DNA of 64,000 nucleotides from Macrostomum lignano (taxonomy: Eukaryota): contig NIVC01003823.1 in the NCBI GenBank assembly GCA_002269645.1, positions 90,704 through 154,703 on the forward strand, in the 5' to 3' direction. Shown here piece by piece: positions 1-16,190 of the stretch (its first letter is position 1; each line of letters opens with the position of its first letter). The notes under the pieces were generated by a model. It searched no databases, was not told the DNA's origin, and saw only the letters and a list, made by a program, of their open reading frames with translations. The position numbers and the translations under genes were made by a program.

Positions 1-221
1 ATTCAGGGAGAGAAAGCGGAGAGGCAGATTCAGGGACAGTAAGCGGAGAGGCAGATTCAGGGAGAGAAAGCGGAGAGGCAGATTCAGGGACAGTAAGCGG
101 AGAGGCAGATTCAGGGAGAGAAAGCGGAGAGGCAGATTCAGGGAGAGAAAGCGGAGAGGCAGATTCAGGGACAGTAAGCGGAGAGGCAGATTCAGGGACA
201 GAAAGCGGAGAGGCAGATTCA
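1..221. repeat. 27-bp minisatellite (GCGGAGAGGCAGATTCAGGGACAGTAA / ...GAGAGAAA) in an intron of the zinc-finger gene
   Basis: ATTCAGGG recurs at 1, 28, 55...; about 8 units. Confidence 0.95.
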
Positions 222-254
222 GGGAGAGAGACCACAGACGCAGTTTATGCTCAC

Positions 255-3200
255 CAGATCGTCACTCTTCGGTATAGGATATTGATTAACAGTTGCCGTG
301 CCATCGCTAGCGTACAAAGCCTCAGTCAGCTGAGGAAAATCAGCGGCAGACAGTACGCTAGACAGTGGCAAGTTGAGATCCGGTTCAGTAACTGTAGCCG
401 GGTTAGCCGCCCGATTCAATGACAGAGAGTTATGATTATTAGCTGCGATTGCGTTATCGCCAGACGGAATTCTTCCGAGGCTAGACGAGCCGGACACAGC
501 AGCGGCAGAGGCGGCAGCAGTGGAGGTAACGGATTGTACCGGCATAGATGACACCGGCACGGAGGCGGCCGCATCCAAGCTGGGATCGCCCAGATGGGTG
601 GGCACAACAGCATCTAGACTGTCCATCCCGGTAAGGCAGTTGTTTAACAGCCGATCGAAATCCTGCTCGATAACAGGGGCCGAGCCGTCCTGCAGATTCG
701 ATAGGAACGAAGCATCAGTCGGGCACAGGCTGGTCAGCGCGTCCTGCATCATGTCGTCGGTTGGTAGGACAGGAGCCGGGGCCTGCGGTGGGTCCGGGAC
801 CAGAGCCAGTGCGTAGCTGGTGCGCGGCACCGGGTCGCCGCGGCGAGTGTGCGCGATGGAGTGGCGCTTGCACTTGGTTCGGGTGCGGAAGCCCTGCGCG
901 CAGTGCGGATGGTGGAAATTATGCGGAGTCTGCTGTTGCTGCGGCAGCGGAGATTCGATTAGATATCGCTGCAGATGGGGGTACTAAACTCGAACTATTC
1001 CCTATTAAGGTTACCGCACATTTAAACTAAGCGGATTATGCCTTTTGATGAATGGAAGTACGTAGGGTATTGCTACCCCATAATTTAGAGCCCGAGTATT
1101 GTTAACGCTCCCATCCTTCGGAGAGTATTGCTGTCAGATCCATCAGTGGGTATTGCTATGCCAGATCCATCAGTGGGTATTGCTATGCCAGATCCATCAG
1201 TGGGTATTGCTATGCCAGATCCATCAGTGGGTATTGCTATGCCAGATCTATCAGTGGATATTGCTATGCCAGATCCATCAGTGGGTATTGTTATGCCAGA
1301 TCTATCAGTGGATATTGCTATGCCAGATCCATCAGTGGGTATTTCTATGCCAGATCTATCAGTGGATATTGCTATGCCAGATCCATCAGTGGGTATTTCT
1401 ATGCCAGATCTATCAGTGGATATTGCTATGCCAGATCTATCAGTGGGTATTGCTACAGTACCTTGTGGCAGACTTTGCAGAAGAAGCTGACGCCGTCTCC
1501 ATGCCAGTTGTCAATGTGCCGATTCAAATTGCTGCGACTTTTAAACGACATATTAGGACAGCGGTCGCACACGTAGGGCCGCTGGCCGCCGTGCACGGCT
1601 CGAATGTGCTGCTGCAATACATTCGAGGTGCTGTACATTCGATGGCACATCTGGCACTTGTGCGGCTTCAAATTCGAATGGCTCATAGCGTGGCGCTGGA
1701 GGTGGCCTTTCTTTTTAAAGATTTTGCCGCAATCTTTGCACCGATGCGGCCGGCTGGGATCCGGGGCGTCGGCTACAACGCCCTGACTGCGGCCGGGAGC
1801 GGACGGCACCAGCACCCGCTGGAACTGGCTGTCGTAGACAATCTCCAACGGGTCTAAGGCCGGCGCCGGGTCCAGCTGCGGCTCCAGTACGCGCGACACG
1901 GTGCGCAGATCCCGGGCCGGATGAGTGCGCATGTGATATTTCAAATTGCTCTTAGTGATGAAGCGATGGAAGCAGTATTTGCAACTGTAGGGATAGCTCT
2001 GCTCGTGGCGTCGCAAGTGCACCTGTGTATTAGTTAGGTAAGTTAATTACTTAGTCTGCAGGGGCCCGGTGGGCCGTAGCCCAGTGGTCCAGCGAATCTC
2101 GGCTTGTCTCTGCTCGTGCAATTAACGCCTCTTAAGGCCCAACCCCCCAAGGCAAATTGAAGTGTACATGCCTAACAATAAATAAAGCTAGGGCCGCTGT
2201 ACACTACTGTGTGAGTGTGTGCCTGTGCGTACGTATGTACGTATCCGCGCCCTTGTTTGCCTGATCAGTGAAGTAGGGCAACAGCGATATACCACTGAGT
2301 AGCACGGAATCGAACCCGGGTTGTTTAGCGCAGTGAGCTACTCTGCCACCTTGAGCATCGGTAAATAATAACAAACTTAATTCTAATGTAGATCAGGTTG
2401 GTTACCAGTGAACTTATTTGTTTGCGAAGTGTATTAAGTACAAGTGTACTATAACATCGTAAAAGTGCACCGGCCGTAAGCTGAACAAAATTGATTATTA
2501 TATCTCCTTAAATTTTTAATAAATCATACGAAATTTCATTTTAATGATATCCCACATGATCTAAGGAGAATTTTGGATATTTTATCAAATAAAATATACT
2601 TGTTTTAATTACAGTTGATGCTACTATGACTGCCAGTAGTAGTATATTAATTTGTTGATCAGGTTGGTTACCAGTGAACTTATTTTATCGCAAATTTAAG
2701 TACAAGTGTACTTTAACATCAAAAAAGTGCACCGGCCGTAAGCTGATCAAGCTGTATTAATATTATCTCCTTAAAGTATTATTAAATCATACATTCGATA
2801 CCAAATATTTGCATGAATGATATCGAGTATGAATTAAGGAGAAATAGACACTATCCTACTGAGACTATAAGTAGTCCCGAGTCGGACTATGAGTAAAAAT
2901 GCTCAATAACCTGTAGGTCAGGTTGGTTACCAGTGTACTTATTATCCTTGATGAATTAAGTACACGTGTACTTAACCATCGCAATAAAAGTGCACCGGCC
3001 GTAAGCTGACCAATTGAACAATAATTCATTATAATTTTCTCCGTTGGAAACAAATCAAATCGATGACGCAATTAAAATTATGCCAACGGACATCGATTAG
3101 TAAACGGAGACCTGCTTTAGAAATTTCTCGTCACTTTTGTTAAAAAATTGTTGGAAAGATTGATTACCGATGCACTTATAGTTGAAAAAAGTACATCGGC

Positions 3201-6200
3201 CAGTAATCTAACCATATTATTATACTCCCGCTAAACTAATTAGATATGTAAGCCATGCTTGATCTCAACCAGAAATGCCATTTGGAATATGGTGCACTGG
3301 CAGATGCAGGCGGCGGGAGATATGTCTACTACAGTCAGTCTGGGGTCAGTGGTTAAACTCCGAAATTCAGGCATACCACTTAGGGGATTCCTGACAGGGA
3401 TTCCCCTGGAGTGAATTCCTGACTGGGATTCCCCTGGAGTCCCCTGGGATTCCCCTGGAGTGAATTCCTGACTGGGATTCCCCTGGAGTGAATTCCTGAC
3501 TGGGATTCCCCTGGAGTGAATTCCTGACTGGGATTCCTCTGAAGGGATTCCTGACTGGGATTCCCCTGGAGTGAATTCCTGACTGGGATTCCCCTGGAGT
3601 GAATTCCTGACTGGGATTCCCCTGGAGGGCATTCCGCTGACTGGGATTTCCCTGAAGGGGGATTCCATCAACTGAGATTTCCTTGAGGGGCATTACGCTG
3701 ACTGGATTTCCACTGTCTGGGATTCAGCTGACTGAGATTCCACTAGGGGATTCCCATGGCTGGGATTTCCCTGATGGAATTCCACCGATTGGGGTTTTCT
3801 ACGTTTTCATTCTGAAATCATTAATAAAACTTTTAATTCAAAGTATACATTCGAGCATTACCTTAAGGCTAGCCTGACTAGATAATTTTTTAGAGCACTG
3901 CGGACACTCGACAGGCCTTGAGTAGTGCGATCGGAGATGCGGCAGCAGAGTCTGACGCAATCGGAATCGTTTGTGACAGACGAAACACGCGAATGGTCGG
4001 TCTTGGCTGTGACGGCGCATGTGTCTGGCGGGATGGCGGGGGGGCCGAGGTAAGATATATTAATAACCCCGATTCTTTCGCCCGAGGTGTGAATATAATA
4101 GACATATTGGGACAATACCAACATTTATTGTGGGATGGAAGCTACAAAAATCCCCATTATCTTAATTGGGATGGAAACCACAATAATCCCTATTATTTCA
4201 TTTGTGATGGAAACCACAAAAATCCCATTTTTTTCAATTGGGATGGAAACCACAAAAATCTCCATTTTTTCATTTGTGATGGAAAAAACCACAAAAATCC
4301 CGATTATTTCAATTCGGATGGAAACCACAAAAATGACGATTATTTCAATTCGGATGGAAACCACAAAAATCCCGATTATTTCAATTCGGATGGAAACCAC
4401 AAAAATCCCGATTATTTCAATTCGGATGGAAACCACAAAAATCCCGATTATTTCAATTCGGATGGAAACCACAAAAATCCCAATTATTTCAATTCGGATG
4501 GAAACCACAAAAATCCCGATTATTTCAATTCGGATGGAAACCACAAAAATCCCGATTATTTCAATTCGGATGGAAACCACAAAAATCCCGATTATTTCAA
4601 TTCGGATGGAAACCACAAAAATCCCAATTATTTCAATTCGGATGGAAACTACAAAAATCAACTAAAATATGACTAAAACTCTTCACTTTTTAATAAAAGT
4701 CAAAAAGCAACCCTATTATTGAAATAAACCAAGCTATGATAAACAAACCTAGCCAAGTCGACAATACGGCGAAACGCGTGCCTACAGACCATGCACCGTT
4801 TCCTATTGGCCACGGCTTCGTAAGTGAAACTGCGACCAGTTGCTTTATCAGTTGCCGATTTAACCAGAGGCTGCAAGCCAATCACAGTTGAGGTGGAGGT
4901 GGACGGCTGCTGCGGCTGCTGAGAATCGGCCGCTTCAACAGACGATTGACCGGAGGCCGCCGTTTTTGATGCCGACTTTGAAGCGGCGGCCGATCGTTTC
5001 GAACTCGGCTTAGCAACAGTGGCTGGAGGTTCAACAGCTGGTTCGGCGACAGCGGTGGCCGGGGCAGAATCGGCCGTTGCTTCAATTGAAACAGAAACTG
5101 CAGCAATGGTCGAATTGTCGCCATCGGCGGTTGTTGCGAGGTCGCCCCGTTCAACGGCATTGTCGGTGGCTGTGCCGACACTTTTAGATTTCGGCGGCCG
5201 GCGCTGTTTGATCTTCTCGGCTATGGCGGTTACCTGCAGTTTGGTTTGTCAATCTAGTTAACCTTCGTTGGAATTAGTCCACAGATAATATAGAACCTGA
5301 AGTGGCTGGCTACTCTTAGGACAGTAGTATAATTTGCATGCACTAAGATAAACTGATTAACACATAGAATGAAACTGGTAAGAAGGCAAGATATGTACAT
5401 CTTAGAGTTTGGTACAAATTTAAAAAGCATTGAATTTCATAATTATAATAAGATTTTTATATTCAAACAATGAAATTCTATCGGGTGTATACACAACTGG
5501 GGCAGATATCATCACAACTAGCCAGGGGGGTTCTAGCCTAGTGGTTAGAGCGTCGAACTCACGACTCAAGGTCGGGGGTTCGATTCCCGATCCCTCTGGA
5601 ACAATTTGTGTCCTTGAGCAAGACACACTAAACTCTGCATTGCTTCAGTTCACACAGCTGTATAATGGGTGCCAGTTGCACATCCCTATTAGGGGCAAGT
5701 GTAGTTAATTAGTATTATCAACACAACAGCAATCTCTGTACAGCTCTCTCACCTGCGGATCTTTAGCACATTCGCCGTGCTGCCTGGCCATGTGCAGTTT
5801 CAAATTGTACCGCTGAGCTGTAGAAAACTCGCACAGGTCGCACTTGTGCTTGCTGCCAGCGTGCAGCCGTTCGTGAGTGCGCAGAGTTGATCGCTGGTTA
5901 AACGATTTATTGCAGGCCAAACAGCGATAGGGCTTCTCGCCCGTGTGGGACAGCAGGTGCCTAATTAGTAGGAAATTCTTTGGGAAATCCTTACTACACA
6001 GAGGGCAACGGCGCGGGTGGCTAGGGTTTACCAGCTTGGCGGCTTCTGTGCCACGAAGCTCGTCGCCCAAATCAACAGCGGCGACGAGGCCGTCGGCGGC
6101 GCACCGGTCGGTGTCAGCGATCACTATTTTGCGAGGCCGATGGTATTTTCTCTTCTTTTTCTGTTGCTGCTGCTGCTGCGGCTACAAAGGTGATCGAATT

Positions 6201-7818
6201 AGGCTTCATTTGTTCGGCGAATGACAATACTGTACGCAGGCACAGCACTCACAGACACGCTCTTTATTAGAGGCAGGGGGTTGTGTGCACCCTGGCGCAC
6301 TTTAAGCGACATTGGCACACAACCGGCGAGAGGCATTGCTGCCCATTCCGCCGACTCCCCTGAGCAGGCACACAAGCGCGCGGATACGTACGCAGGCACA
6401 CACTCACACAGGAGTGTACAGCGGCCCTAACTTTATTTTATCGTTAGGCATGTACACTTCACTGCGCCTTGGGGGTTGGCTCTCAAGGCCGTTAATTGCA
6501 CGAGCAGAGCCAAGCCGAGATTCCAATTTAGCCCCAAATTAATGTGACTGCACTTGGAATCGAGCCTGGGTCGCTGGCACACCAGAGCAGCTGCGCTACC
6601 GCTGGGCTACGGCCCCCCTAACACAGACAGACACGCTCACACAGGGTGTACAGCGGCACTGCCTTTCTAGTTGTCAGGCATGTGCACCCTCTGCGCCTTG
6701 GGGGGGGGCTGGCCCTCTTGGCTGATTTCCATGCACACAAGCCCAAAAATGAATTCGGCGAGTTGAAACGAGCGAGTCAGATATGCGTTTAACGCGAAAA
6801 CCGTTCTGCCTACCTTAGTCTTAGCGGCAGGAAGTTCTTCACTAGGACTAGCACCGGCCGCCGCCAACTGCTGCTGCTGCTGCTTACGTCTCCGTTTCTT
6901 CAGCATTGGGCTGGACAAATCGGGCAGGGCGCCGGCGCTGCCAGACGGAGGCGACGCAGACGCCTGGCCATTCAGTGAGCGGAGCTTAGCGCTGCAAACT
7001 GAACGGAAATGCAGCAGCAGGTTGAGACGCTGATCGAAGTCTTGAGAGCACACTGGGCATTGATAGACTTCGTCTGTCCAATGCAGTGAGCAATGCGCCA
7101 CAAAAGCGGACCGACGCATGATCCGCTTGGAGCAGATCGGACAGACAAATCCGGACCTGGCAACTGATTGGTCCTCAGATTCTGCCGGAGAATTCGCATG
7201 ATTAATAGCCACGTGTAGACGGAGATTCTCCATAGTAGAAAACGCTTCGTCGCAATCGGCTACCTCACAGTCGAAGGGTTTACGTAGGGCGTGATCTAAC
7301 ACGTGCGAGGTGAGACTGTAGCAAGACACTAGTACCTGACAGCAGGGACAGTGAGCGTAGCCTATGGGCGGCGGAGACCTGGCGGCGGCAGGTGAATCAG
7401 AGCTCGGCTGTTGCAGCTGTTGATGCTGCTGTAAAGAAGCATTAGCAGGCGCAGAGGCAGTGGCAGTAGCAGTTGATTGGTCAGCAAAACTGACAATCTG
7501 CAAGTAGCCGCTGTTTGCATCTGAAGCAGGTATAGTTATGGTCGATGCCTGCGGCACCGCCATTGCTGCGGTATCATCTGTGGACACGGTGAGAGTCTGG
7601 TAGACACTACCAGAGCTTGCTGGGGCCTCTGCCCACAGGGCTGAAAGGAGAGCATCGCCACTACCAACGGCCGAGTTCAAGTTCACTATTTGAATGTAGC
7701 GACCATCAAGTTCGATGCACTGAATAGCATTCTGATTTGATAAAGAGGGGATTTCAACATTGTCTAAGGCAATATATACTCGCTGCTCTGCATCAGTTGG
7801 CTGCTTTAGTTGCTCCAT
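255..7818 (-). CDS. Multi-C2H2 zinc-finger protein (~15 fingers, >=1094 aa). Exons 7818-6814, 6181-5753, 5233-4749, 4024-3862, 2022-1462, 893-255; continues beyond the window start
   Basis: All introns are GT-AG with consistent phases (0,0,2,0,0). Fingers are completed across junctions, e.g. CMVCRHAFRRIVDLAR|HMRRH, CPQCSKKLSSQASLK|VHLRRH, CKVCHK|GFRTRTKCKRHSIAH. HTGEKPY linker in exon 2. Strong donor CTG|GTGAGC at 255/254. Confidence 0.9.
1130..1455. repeat. 27-bp minisatellite (ATGCCAGATCCATCAGTGGGTATTGCT), ~12 copies
   Basis: Direct tandem periodicity; abuts the donor site of zinc-finger exon 5. Confidence 0.95.
2061..2266 (+). mobile_element. SINE family 1, internally deleted copy
   Basis: Shares GGGCCGTAGCCCAG head and GAATCTCGGCTTG...GTGTACATGCCTAAC...GGGCCGCTGTACAC body with copies at 6262, 26381, 31647, 45533. 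Confidence 0.85.
2284..2361 (-). mobile_element. tRNA-derived SINE head fragment
   Basis: On - strand: A-box-like GGTGGCAGAGTAGC and B box GGGTTCGATTCC; no full cloverleaf. Confidence 0.55.
2384..2570 (-). ncRNA. Box H/ACA snoRNA candidate, copy 1
   Basis: Hairpin (TCTCCTTA..TAAGGAGA), H box ATATAA, hairpin with CTTACG/AACCAAC pocket, ACA (2389-2387) 14 nt below the pocket; sense to host intron. Confidence 0.75.
2650..2843 (-). ncRNA. Box H/ACA snoRNA candidate, copy 2
   Basis: TCTCCTTAA..TTAAGGAGA hairpin, H box ATAATA, TTGATCAG..CTGATCAA hairpin, ACA at 2655-2653. Confidence 0.8.
2909..3111 (-). ncRNA. Box H/ACA snoRNA candidate, copy 3
   Basis: TCTCCGTT..AACGGAGA hairpin, H box AGAAAA, GGTCAG..CTGACC hairpin (compensatory change vs copy 2), ACA at 2914-2912. 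Confidence 0.8.
3146..3320 (-). ncRNA. Box H/ACA snoRNA candidate, copy 4 (divergent)
   Basis: CTCCCGC..GCGGGAG hairpin, H box ATAATA, 12-bp upper stem GCCGATGTACTT/AAGTGCATCGGT, ACA at 3151-3149, 14 nt below the pocket. Confidence 0.7.
3380..3790. repeat. 28-bp minisatellite (CTGGGATTCCCCTGGAGTGAATTCCTGA), degenerating rightwards
   Basis: Direct periodicity. Confidence 0.9.
4130..4665. repeat. 36-bp minisatellite (CGGATGGAAACCACAAAAATCCCGATTATTTCAATT), ~15 copies
   Basis: Direct periodicity; explains the repetitive ORFs on both strands. Confidence 0.95.
5524..5700 (+). mobile_element. SINE family 2 (tRNA-derived)
   Basis: A box TAGCCTAGTGG, B box GGTTCGATTCC, body CCTTGAGCAAGACAC...CAGTTCAC...AATGGGTGCCAG shared with 26730-27038 and 50572-50820. 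Confidence 0.85.
6262..6618 (-). mobile_element. SINE family 1, full length (~360 bp); a partial copy follows at ~6620-6720
   Basis: Reverse complement of the 31647-32006 copy; A/B boxes and A-rich tail. Confidence 0.9.
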
Positions 7819-9539
7819 AGCAACCGACAGCTAGCAGACAGGCTGTCCAAATATGATGAAATCAAGCTCATGCAATAGAAATAAAAGTTTAGCTAGAGAA
7901 AGTTATATCTATTTGAACAATTAAAAAAGCAATGGCCGCATAAATTCGGCTTTTTTGTCAGACACAGGATGCATTATTCTTAACAACAATTGTTAAATGC
8001 ATAATTTAAGCTAACATTTGGCCAGTGGCCAGAAATCATGATATTTGTTATCATTATCAATCATATATACTAGAATACTAGAAAACCTAAAAATATAAAA
8101 TAGATTGAACATTGTAATCAATAAATGATGCATCCTTTAGCAATTAGCATAATTACTGCAATATACTATATGTATGCTATATTATAATAACTAAATATAT
8201 TTAGATTATTAGAGATAAATCATTTTAGCATAATAGATATAAAAGTATGTTTAATTTCAGGTTTTATCTAATCAATTCTATAAAATAGCATTTGGTATTA
8301 AAAGTTATTTCAAAGTTAAAACAAGTCTAACAAAGACTCTAAGTCATATAAAATATATCATAAATGATAGGCCTAACAACTAAAGTTATTTTTAATGAAT
8401 CTTAGGCAATTCTTATACTTAATCCTCAGATAAAGATTGAGGAATAGTATTATATCTCCTTATATCTTAATACTAAAAGTGGTGCGTTGTTTGTTTGTGT
8501 GTTGCAATTTTTCTCCTAGACTACTGGCAAGTCAGCGTTGAAACTTATATGGGAAAACTGCAAATTTTCCGGATTGGGTTTATAGCAATTTTAATCTTTC
8601 ATTTTTACATTTTAAGATCCCTAGAAAAGCAGAAAACTGTTTTTTTAACCCTCAATAACCTTCTTTGGCCACTCTGCCTGGGGCTGCAGCCAGTTTGTAA
8701 AAATAGCCACCCCAACCTCCGCCCGCGGGCCGCTGTGTATTGAGGGGTGGTGGGTGCGCATGTTCCGCGTTCAATGCAAATAACCCCCCCGCGTGTTGGG
8801 GGGTTCAATTAAATTTAACGATTCCCCCGGAATGGGAGGGGGTTGGGCTTGGGCTGAGTGTACATAGCAGTTGTACAGTGTAAGGAGATAGCTAGGACTG
8901 TGTCGAGATTTAATTGGTTTTATTATCGGCGGCATTCAATAGGCAGCCATGTGTATTTGCTGGGCAGTAAAATTTAATGAATAAACTTGCGAGCCTCTTT
9001 AGCAGGCTGTGAACGTACACTCGATACTTTAATGCTTTAAATCAGGAAATTTCAAGCGCTAACTGTTCCTCGAGTTTTAAACTTTCAGAAGAGAGACTTA
9101 TATTACTGGAAAGATCTTGCAATACTGAGTTCGGGGATATAAGTTGTTTGCTTTAAATGTGAAAACAAAAAGCACAGCATTTAAAAAACGATTTCCATAC
9201 TTTTAACTTTCGGCAGTGTACTCATTTTGGAGTTCAATGGGGGTTCGACCAACCCCCAAAAGTTGGTGGGAGGGGGGGTTCAACTTTTAATTGCCACTGC
9301 GTATTGGAAGGGGGTCAGTCGCTGTGTATTGGAGGGTTGATTTAGTTTGCGCAATCTTTTTGTTAACTTTTACCGAGACTGATACTGACTGACTGTGAAA
9401 TCGGTTGCGCATTCAATTAATTCAATTGGTTCAACACGCTGCTGCGTTGTAGCTCTAACCCTAACCCTAACCCTAACCACTAAATCCTGAGAGTTGATTC
9501 TTTTTTACGGAGAAAATTTCGATTCAGTCCAGTTTAATG

Positions 9540-9870
9540 GAGAGAATTTCTGTTTCGCGGAGACGATTTTGATGGATGTCAGTTTCACGGAGAGGATTTC
9601 CATGGAGTCCAGTTTCACGGAGAGGATTTCTGTTTCTCGGAGGGGATTTTGATGAATGTCAGTTTCACGGAGAGGATTTCCATGGAGTCCAGTTTCACGG
9701 AGAGGATTTCTGTTTCTCGGAGGGGATTTTGATGAATGTCAGTTTCACGGAGAGGATTTCCATGGAGTCCAGTTTCACGGAGAGGATTTCTATTTCTCGG
9801 AGGGGATTTTGATGAATGTCAGTTTCACGGAGAGGTGTTTGATGGAGTTCTCTTTTACGGAGAAGATTTC
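9540..9870. repeat. 80-bp tandem repeat built from ~20-bp GTTTCACGGAGAGGATTT subunits; a related tract lies at ~10960-11220
   Basis: Direct periodicity. Confidence 0.9.
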
Positions 9871-11229
9871 GATGATGTTCAGTTTCGCGGAGAGAAGTTG
9901 GATGATGGGATTCAGGGAATGGCATTTCAGGGAATGGAGTACCGGTGATGGGAATTCTTCCCCTTTCTCCTCCAGAGGAGGAGTTGGCCTCGTCCTTATA
10001 CTAAAACCGACGCGATGTTTGTCTGTCTGTATGTCTGTCTGTCTGTATGTAGCAAGTGAACTCCTACAATTCTGCCAAGTCAACGTCGAAACTTATATGG
10101 GAAAACTGCAAATTTTCCGGAGCAGGCTTTAGGCTATTTTAATTTTTAATTTTCACATTTTAACATCCCTAAAAAAGCAGAAAACTGCTTTTTTAACCCC
10201 AATAACCTTCTTTGGTCACTCTGCCTGGGGCTTCAGCCAGTTTGTAAAAATAGCCACCCCAACCTCCGCCCGCGGGCCGCTGTGTATTGAGGGGTGGTGG
10301 GTGCGCGTGTTCTGCGTTCAATGCAAATAAAACCCCCGCGTGTTGGGGGGTCGAGTTAAATTTAATGCTTCCCCCAGAACGGGGGTTGGGCTTGGGCTGA
10401 GTGTACATAGCAGTTGTACAGTGTAAATAGATAGACTGTGTCGAGATTCATTTGGTTTTATTATTGGCAGCCCTGTGTATTAGTTTGGCAGTGAAATTCA
10501 ATGAATAAACTTGCGAGCTTCTCTAGCAAGCAGTCGGGAAATTGGTAAATTTCAAACGCTAACTGTTCTCGAGTTTTAAACTTTGAGAGGAGAGACTTAT
10601 ATTGCTGGAAAGATCTTGCAACGCTGAGTTCGGGGATATAAGTTGTATGCTTTAAATATGAAAAGAAAAAGCACAGCATTTAAAAAACTATTTCCATACT
10701 TTTAACTTTCTGCAAAAATTGTACTCAGTTTTGCGAGACGTAATAGATAAAGTTGGGCGTATTGGAAGGGGGTCTGCCGCTGCGTATTGGAGGGTTGATT
10801 TAGATTGCGCAACCGTTTATTTAACTTTAAATAAGACTGATACTGTCTGACTGAGAAATGGTTTGCGCAATTAATTGATTCAATTAATTCAACACGCAGC
10901 TCTGTGCAGCTCTAACCCTAACCCTAACCAATGAATTCTGAGAGTTAAGTTCTTTTTGACAGAGAAAATTTCGATTGAGTCCAGTTTCACGGAGTATTCT
11001 GATGGTTTTCGGTTTCACGGAGAGGATTTCTTTTTCGTGGAGAGAATCTAGATGTATTTCTGTTTTACGGAGACGATTTTGATGGATGTCAGTTTCACTC
11101 AGAGGATTTCCATGGAGCCCAGTTTCACGGAGAGGATTTCTGTTTGGCGGATTGGATTTCGAAAGGAGTCCAGTTTCACGGAGAGGGTTTCTGTTTCATG
11201 GAGGGATTTTGATGGATTTGGTATCTTCA

Positions 11230-16190
<4,961 letters not shown>

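Noticed and set aside
219-254. Zinc-finger ORF ending VSINCVCGLSP* at 219
   Set aside because: Reads through a strong GTGAGC donor into a minisatellite; the gene more likely splices out of the window
2384-3320. miRNA cluster or twister/hammerhead ribozyme interpretation of the repeated hairpins
   Set aside because: Large internal pocket and long branched loop do not fit a pre-miRNA; ribozyme core motifs are absent; H and ACA boxes at canonical spacing explain it better
1099-4676. 27-36-bp direct-repeat arrays as CRISPR arrays
   Set aside because: Units are contiguous with no unique spacers, there are no cas genes, and the context is eukaryotic introns
5524-5600. tRNA genes at the SINE heads (also ~26960-27038, 31647-31710, 50572-50620)
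   Set aside because: A/B boxes are present but each continues into a shared SINE body and no complete cloverleaf is evident
9455-9477. Telomere or chromosome-fusion scar from (CCCTAA)n (also ~10915, 29455, 53610)
   Set aside because: Only 2-4 units, embedded at equivalent positions in interspersed elements
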